This document shows positions 59,291 through 64,000 of a stretch of 64,000 nucleotides of DNA, piece by piece. The stretch is taken from assembly GCF_964355755.1 (NCBI RefSeq), contig NC_092679.1, positions 15,359,432-15,423,431 on the forward strand, given 5' to 3'. A program made the position numbers and the translations under genes. Within the stretch, counting starts at the first letter, position 1. Every line of letters begins with the position of its first letter. Source of the DNA: Antedon mediterranea. Taxonomy: Eukaryota > Animalia > Echinodermata. The notes under the pieces are model-generated. The model was not told the DNA's origin, did no database searches, and was given only the letters and a program-made list of their open reading frames with translations.

Positions 59291-61471
59291 TTACCCCTGT
59301 GGTACACCATATTCCAGGCAAGCTTCATCTGAGAATGCATCATTGATACAGACTAGCTGACGTCTTCCTGTAAGATATGACTGGAACCAGTTAAGAGCAA
59401 CACCATTTATGCCAATGCGATTTCTCAGACGGGTTATCAGTCTTTGGTGATCAACTGTATCAAACGCTGCTGACAAATCCAACAACACCAATAGCGTTAT
59501 TTTCCCATCATTCATTCCTTGTAACAAATCATTCTGTACCTTTAAAAGGGAACTCTCCGTGCTATGACATGCACGATATGCCGACTGGTAATTCTCATTT
59601 AAATTATGCTTTTGAAGATATGGAGTAATGCGTGATGTCACTACACGCTCCAGAGTCTTTCCAAGAAAAGAAAGATTCGACACCGGGCGGTAATTTTTCA
59701 GCGTGTTATGATCCAAGTTTTGCTTTTTTATTAAAGGACGAACGTGAGCAATTTTCAGTTCATCTGGCACTATGCCGGTATTAAGAGAATGGTTAATGAT
59801 TTCCGTTATTATTGGAACGACTGCGTCTATACACTTCTTCAGTATAGAAGTAGGAACTGGATCTAACCTGCATGATTTTGTTGGTGATTTCATCAGAATG
59901 TTGCGGATCTCATCTTGAGATGCTGGTGTAAATGTTGTGAGATGCTGATGAACAGCTGTCACAGGCTCATTAAATGACATGTCATCAATCTTGAAGTCGT
60001 CTCTGATGATCTTGATCTTGTCTGTGAAAAACTGACAGAACCTGTTCGCAAGATCTAAGTCAGAAAGACTATCTGGGAGAGGTGATACCTGGCGATGATG
60101 AAGGAGTTGGTTAACAATTTTAAAAAGTCCTTTCTGATCTGCTGCATGTTCTTCACACAAGCCAATGTAGTAGTTGGCCTTTGCCTTTCTTACCATGGAA
60201 TTTACATTCCTCTTCTGTGCAATGTAAGCTTGACGATCTATTTCCAGATGAGAGATTCTCCATTTCTTTTCAAGCTTACGCTTTGTTCTTTTCTCAGCAT
60301 AGATGTCACTGTTATACCAACTAGTGTTTGGTCGGACCTTTACTGTTCTCTTTTTCGGTGGTGCGTGTTTGTCAAGAAGTTCACTCAAAGTGGTGACATA
60401 TAGTCGTACTTTACTTGATAAATCATGATTTGAGAGCGAAGTTCCGAGATCAGACTGTGTGATGTCTTTACATAATGTCTCAAAATTTATAGCATTCCAA
60501 TGACGAGTTTCGATGGATTTAGTGATTACGGGTGGCTTCTTGATAAGGAGATTACATGTGATTGCATAGTGATCTGATATACCATCAATGACATTAAGGT
60601 TTGAGAAAACAGGAGGATCAGATGAACGAGTGATCAGCAAGTCTAATGTATGACCATGTCGGTGTGTAGGTGTAGACACATGCTGTTGAAGACTGCTTGC
60701 TACAAGTAGATTCCGAAAATGAATTGCATCTGCATCATTTGGCATATCCACATGGATGTTAAAGTCTCCAACGAATAGTATGGGAGCCGGCTTCAATACA
60801 TAGTGATCAACCAAAGTTGAGAATTCTTCAGTGAAAACATTTAGACTGCAACCCGTTGATTTGCTTTGAGGACGATATACTGCTACGAGGAAAACTGAGG
60901 ATGCATTGCTGACTATTTCCACATTTAGCAGTTCAAATGATTTTGGTAATAATCCCGTGTCATAACATTTAACCGCTATGCTTTCCTTGTAAAGAAGTGC
61001 AACTCCACCACCTCTTTTAGTACCAGCACGGGGAGCATGTTTGAGAGAGTATCCGTTGGGTGTAATATTTCCTATAACTGATGTGTCTTCTGGTTTAAGC
61101 CACGTTTCCGAAAGGGCAACAACATCCAGATTATGTTCGATAACGAAATCCACAAATTCTGTTGTTTTGTTCCGAACGGATCTTGTATTAATACTGCAAA
61201 ATTTAATATTGTTTTTAGATAAGAGAGAGTTTGATGATAAGTCCAGAAAAGATAGATTGTTTTTAGTGTGTTTGTCACGCCCAGCTCTTGTACCACGCCT
61301 GGTTTTTCTTTTTGGCCTCCTTGGTAATAGGTGGATACTACAGCTACTGGAGTTCAACTTAAAAGATTGTATAATTAAGCAAAATTCTTCAAGAAGTTCA
61401 CAACTGTTATTGTTGTTGGTTACACAGCCCTGTAAACCATGAAGAAACTCAGAGCTATAGCTAATTAGCAT
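59291..61471 (-). CDS. LINE B ORF2 N-terminal part (AP endonuclease + reverse transcriptase), 726 aa to frameshift
   Basis: INTRS, LSETWL, GGGVAL, VYRP, GDFNI, TLDL, SDH, YRPVSNL, LDLSAAFDTVDH, GVPQG. Confidence 0.85.
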   Translation of the reverse strand: MLISYSSEFLHGLQGCVTNNNNSCELLEEFCLIIQSFKLNSSSCSIHLLPRRPKRKTRRGTRAGRDKHTKNNLSFLDLSSNSLLSKNNIKFCSINTRSVRNKTTEFVDFVIEHNLDVVALSETWLKPEDTSVIGNITPNGYSLKHAPRAGTKRGGGVALLYKESIAVKCYDTGLLPKSFELLNVEIVSNASSVFLVAVYRPQSKSTGCSLNVFTEEFSTLVDHYVLKPAPILFVGDFNIHVDMPNDADAIHFRNLLVASSLQQHVSTPTHRHGHTLDLLITRSSDPPVFSNLNVIDGISDHYAITCNLLIKKPPVITKSIETRHWNAINFETLCKDITQSDLGTSLSNHDLSSKVRLYVTTLSELLDKHAPPKKRTVKVRPNTSWYNSDIYAEKRTKRKLEKKWRISHLEIDRQAYIAQKRNVNSMVRKAKANYYIGLCEEHAADQKGLFKIVNQLLHHRQVSPLPDSLSDLDLANRFCQFFTDKIKIIRDDFKIDDMSFNEPVTAVHQHLTTFTPASQDEIRNILMKSPTKSCRLDPVPTSILKKCIDAVVPIITEIINHSLNTGIVPDELKIAHVRPLIKKQNLDHNTLKNYRPVSNLSFLGKTLERVVTSRITPYLQKHNLNENYQSAYRACHSTESSLLKVQNDLLQGMNDGKITLLVLLDLSAAFDTVDHQRLITRLRNRIGINGVALNWFQSYLTGRRQLVCINDAFSDEACLEYGVPQG

Positions 61472-62604
61472 GACAACAGCAGATCTTCAAGCATGAGGTG
61501 TACAAGGTCATTTACATAACAATATGCACAGTCAGATTGAAAGTACAGGGCTAGCTTCCCACTGATGCTAGTAGACCATTGTTCTTGGGCAGTGATGAGT
61601 TTGAATTAAAACAATAAAGGCACAAGCAGGGCCTAGCTGAACTTCAGGAAACAACAAGAAAAACAACTGCGATTTACTCCAAGATACGATTATTTCCACA
61701 TAAGAAATTTGTGAATATATGGTGCTCAATTTGCTATTCCAGCATCCAGTAAAACTTATTTGATGAAAAAAAACCATCTGCAAACAGATACGAAGTTGTT
61801 ATGCACAGAGCAATATAGAGCCGCCACATGGGCGCTGCAACATTCCTCTATATCTCCACAGATTGTCTCAAGTGAGGTAAAAAACGATCGCTGCTTTTCA
61901 GGTCGGTAACAGGTTCCGATTAGAATAGGTTTGGTTTTAGGTAATAGTATATTTATCCATAAAGATTCAATATCATCGTTTTGGAGATCATATCTCACGT
62001 TGTAGGTAAGATCATTTCGTATATAGAGGCATACGATTCCTCCAACACTATTCGTACATCTATCTTTTCTTTCAATTGAATAATTTTCGATACTTATTTC
62101 ACTGTTATTTACAGATTTATCCAGCCAGGACTCACTAATTGCTATTAAGGATACATCAGTCTTTTTTGCAATAGACCGAATTTCATCGATTTGTGGAAGA
62201 AGGCTTCTGGTGTTCAGATGTAAACAATGGAGACCTTTGCATCTGAAGACTTCAGAAAACAATGTATCGGGGTCATCACACGAATCGTTTGTAAGAGTTG
62301 ATGTATCGATATCGCGGTGGTCATTTGAAGTATCGTTAACATCAGCGTTGCTAAACGGCAGGTTTCTAAATACATATTCTTGGCATCCATATGCAAATTC
62401 TTCCCCTGAATGGAAGTTAACGGGAAGTTTATGCAATTTATGTTGACATGCGCATAACCCATTATTTGACTCTGCGCATGTTTATTATGCTATAGTAACC
62501 ATTTATGTCAAAAATAAAAGGGTCGAAATTGGATAATTATCGAAAATTTCCCTGTACTACAAATAACTCAATGTGTGCTGTAGAATTGGACAATGAATTG
62601 AACA

Positions 62605-62745
62605 ACTGATTGACCAATCAGAGCAGCGGAAAGCGTTCCAAAAGTTGAACAATCAGAGCACTGAAAAGTGACGTAATCAGAGCATTAGAAAAATTGTTCC
62701 AAATTTGTCATTTTGACCAATCAGAACACTGAAAAGTGACGTAAT
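62605..62745. repeat. Short degenerate repeats carrying CCAATCAG and TGACGT motifs
   Basis: Four (GACC)AATCAGAGCA(CTGAAAAGTGACGTAAT) units. Confidence 0.55.
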
Positions 62746-63047
62746 TAATATGTGACTTCAACAAGTTTTTCACAACACAAACAATGATGAGATTTTGTCC
62801 AGAGACTAACATGCGACAACATCTTTTTACAAATCCTCTAGACTTATTATTATTAATTTCAAGGCGAATTCTGGTAGTAGCTGTATTCAACTCGAACGTG
62901 TACTTGCATTAAAGGTAAGAGCGAAATTGATTTCATGCTTGAAATCGGCATTTAAAGTGTTGATAACTTGTTTGGCCTAGGCCTAACCTAGCCATACATA
63001 GCCTCATAGTCAATAGAAACTATGCCATGGCCTAGCAAATGTGTTTG

Positions 63048-63806
63048 TGTTATGCGCGATTTGAACGATTTGCGCAATTTGAAATTGCGCAAAAAAAATC
63101 CTTGCGCAATTTGAATTGAAACATGTGTTTCAAATTGCGCAAGCAACGTATTAAATTGCGCAAGTAATCTGCAAACTGCGCAAGGTTTTTCGACAGATTG
63201 TGAAATCATGCACACCCATATTTATATAGTAATTTCTAAGAATGATTCAAAATTAAAGATAAATATCGCATTTCCTTATTTTAGTAGTGCAAATATTGTT
63301 ATAAGTTAGCATACCGTCGAAGAACCGACGAAGGAAAACGAAGCGGTGGTGTTCCACCAGGCGGGCGCGGCGCGGGCGGCCGGCTATACTACTCTAGCCT
63401 AGCTAGGGTCTGGACTACTGATACTGACTAGGTTACATGGCCTAGCTTAAACTAATATTAAAAACTTAATTTTTACATTTATTTTGATTTATTTCAAGTT
63501 ACAGTGATAATATTATTTAATTGTAATAATAAATGTTATGTATTTATTATACACATGTTATCTTCGCATTTATTATGTTTTATTTTGAGTTATTTAGTTT
63601 CCAATAAATTATTATAATACCGTTGTCTGGTAGAATTTTGTTGCGCAATTTGAAAATTTACAGTTCGTTTTCAAATTGCGCAAAGGTGTCATATTGCGCA
63701 AGAACTATCTTGCGCAATTTACAAATTGTGCAGCGCAATTTAAAATTGCGCAAAGATTTTCTTGCGCAATTTCAAATTGCGCAAATCGTTCAAATCGCGC
63801 ATAACA
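63048..63806. mobile_element. Ginger-like MITE (TGT...ACA termini, 4-bp TSD)
   Basis: TGTTATGCGCGATTTGAACGATTTGCGCAATTTGAAATTGCGCAA ... TTGCGCAATTTCAAATTGCGCAAATCGTTCAAATCGCGCATAACA; TSD TTTG (63044-63047/63807-63810); many TTGCGCAA subterminal motifs. Confidence 0.82.
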
Positions 63807-64000
63807 TTTGCATGGGTGCCGACGCTAATTCTTGTTGGCGGTAGTCTGCTCTGTGTGTGGTAAAATGCATTTGCTATTATTACTTATCCCCCTAGATAGA
63901 AAGACCTCTAGGTAGGCCTAGATCTTTTTTGGTTGCCATGAATTGTAAGTCAAACCATGGGCCTGTAAGGGCTAGGCCCTAGTAAGATGCTACCTACTTA

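Larger units (their letters stand above)
56015..61849 (-). mobile_element. Middle LINE B (L2 clade), apparently with an intact 5' end, split by LINE C
   Basis: ORF 61471-59291 (APE + RT to GVPQG), frameshift, FYADD, continues to 58923 and resumes at 56656-56086 (AQI-ITVSKAAC; LHWLPV). L2-type 3' end AGCGCC..GGCGCTATATAAG-(ATT)n. Candidate TSD ATAT (56011-56014/61850-61853). Confidence 0.9.
53424..62443 (-). mobile_element. Outer LINE A (Crack/L2 group; APE+RT) split by LINE B; own sequence 62443-61850 and 56014-53424
   Basis: APE HLNTRSL, ISESWL and CYRP rejoin in frame across the nest (ICGD-ILQGQEVIILGDFNV). RT 54302-55714 (YRPVSIL, IDLQKAFDTVDH, GVPQGSILGP, LYADD). 3' GACCACAATGGAAATAAG and A-rich tail. 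Confidence 0.9.

Noticed and set aside
57027-61442. Multiple 60-150 aa ORFs antisense to LINE ORFs (also 15714-16544, 54137-54659)
   Set aside because: Shadow ORFs of RT/APE coding sequence with no independent motifs.
1-64000. Prokaryotic RT-based defence or retron system suggested by the many RT ORFs
   Set aside because: All RTs are of the APE-linked non-LTR retrotransposon type with LINE 3' tails, embedded among spliceosomal-intron genes.

Overview
This is AT-rich, intron-containing animal genomic DNA, not prokaryotic. The repeat content (Deu-domain SINE, Academ, L2/Crack LINEs) suggests a marine invertebrate, possibly a deuterostome, but this is inference. The backbone is a tandem cluster of three intact 9-exon SLC17 (sialin-like) MFS anion transporter paralogs on the minus strand (2146-13051, 30190-40756, 43775-50587). 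Copies 1 and 2 lie in a recent segmental duplication, so each shows the empty site for insertions in the other. A disabled adhesion/Methuselah-type GPCR exon lies on the plus strand. Most of the rest is transposable elements: seven LINE copies or fragments (including a three-level nest at 53424-62443 that splits a palindromic satellite), a fold-back Academ derivative, three copies of one Helitron, HINE/Helentron-type elements, and MITEs with 3-, 4-, 5- and 8-bp TSDs. The most unusual observations are: a templated insertion of host-gene exon/intron sequence inside a LINE; the fold-back Academ with a mirrored transposase 3' end; a 5S rRNA+tRNA+Deu-domain chimeric SINE; a Penelope-type hammerhead ribozyme beside a tRNA-like element in a (TA)n tract; and altered, mosaic substrate/proton-site residues in the SLC17 paralogs. 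I see no clear evidence of a wholly new multi-gene system. All family assignments come from motif recognition, not database searches.
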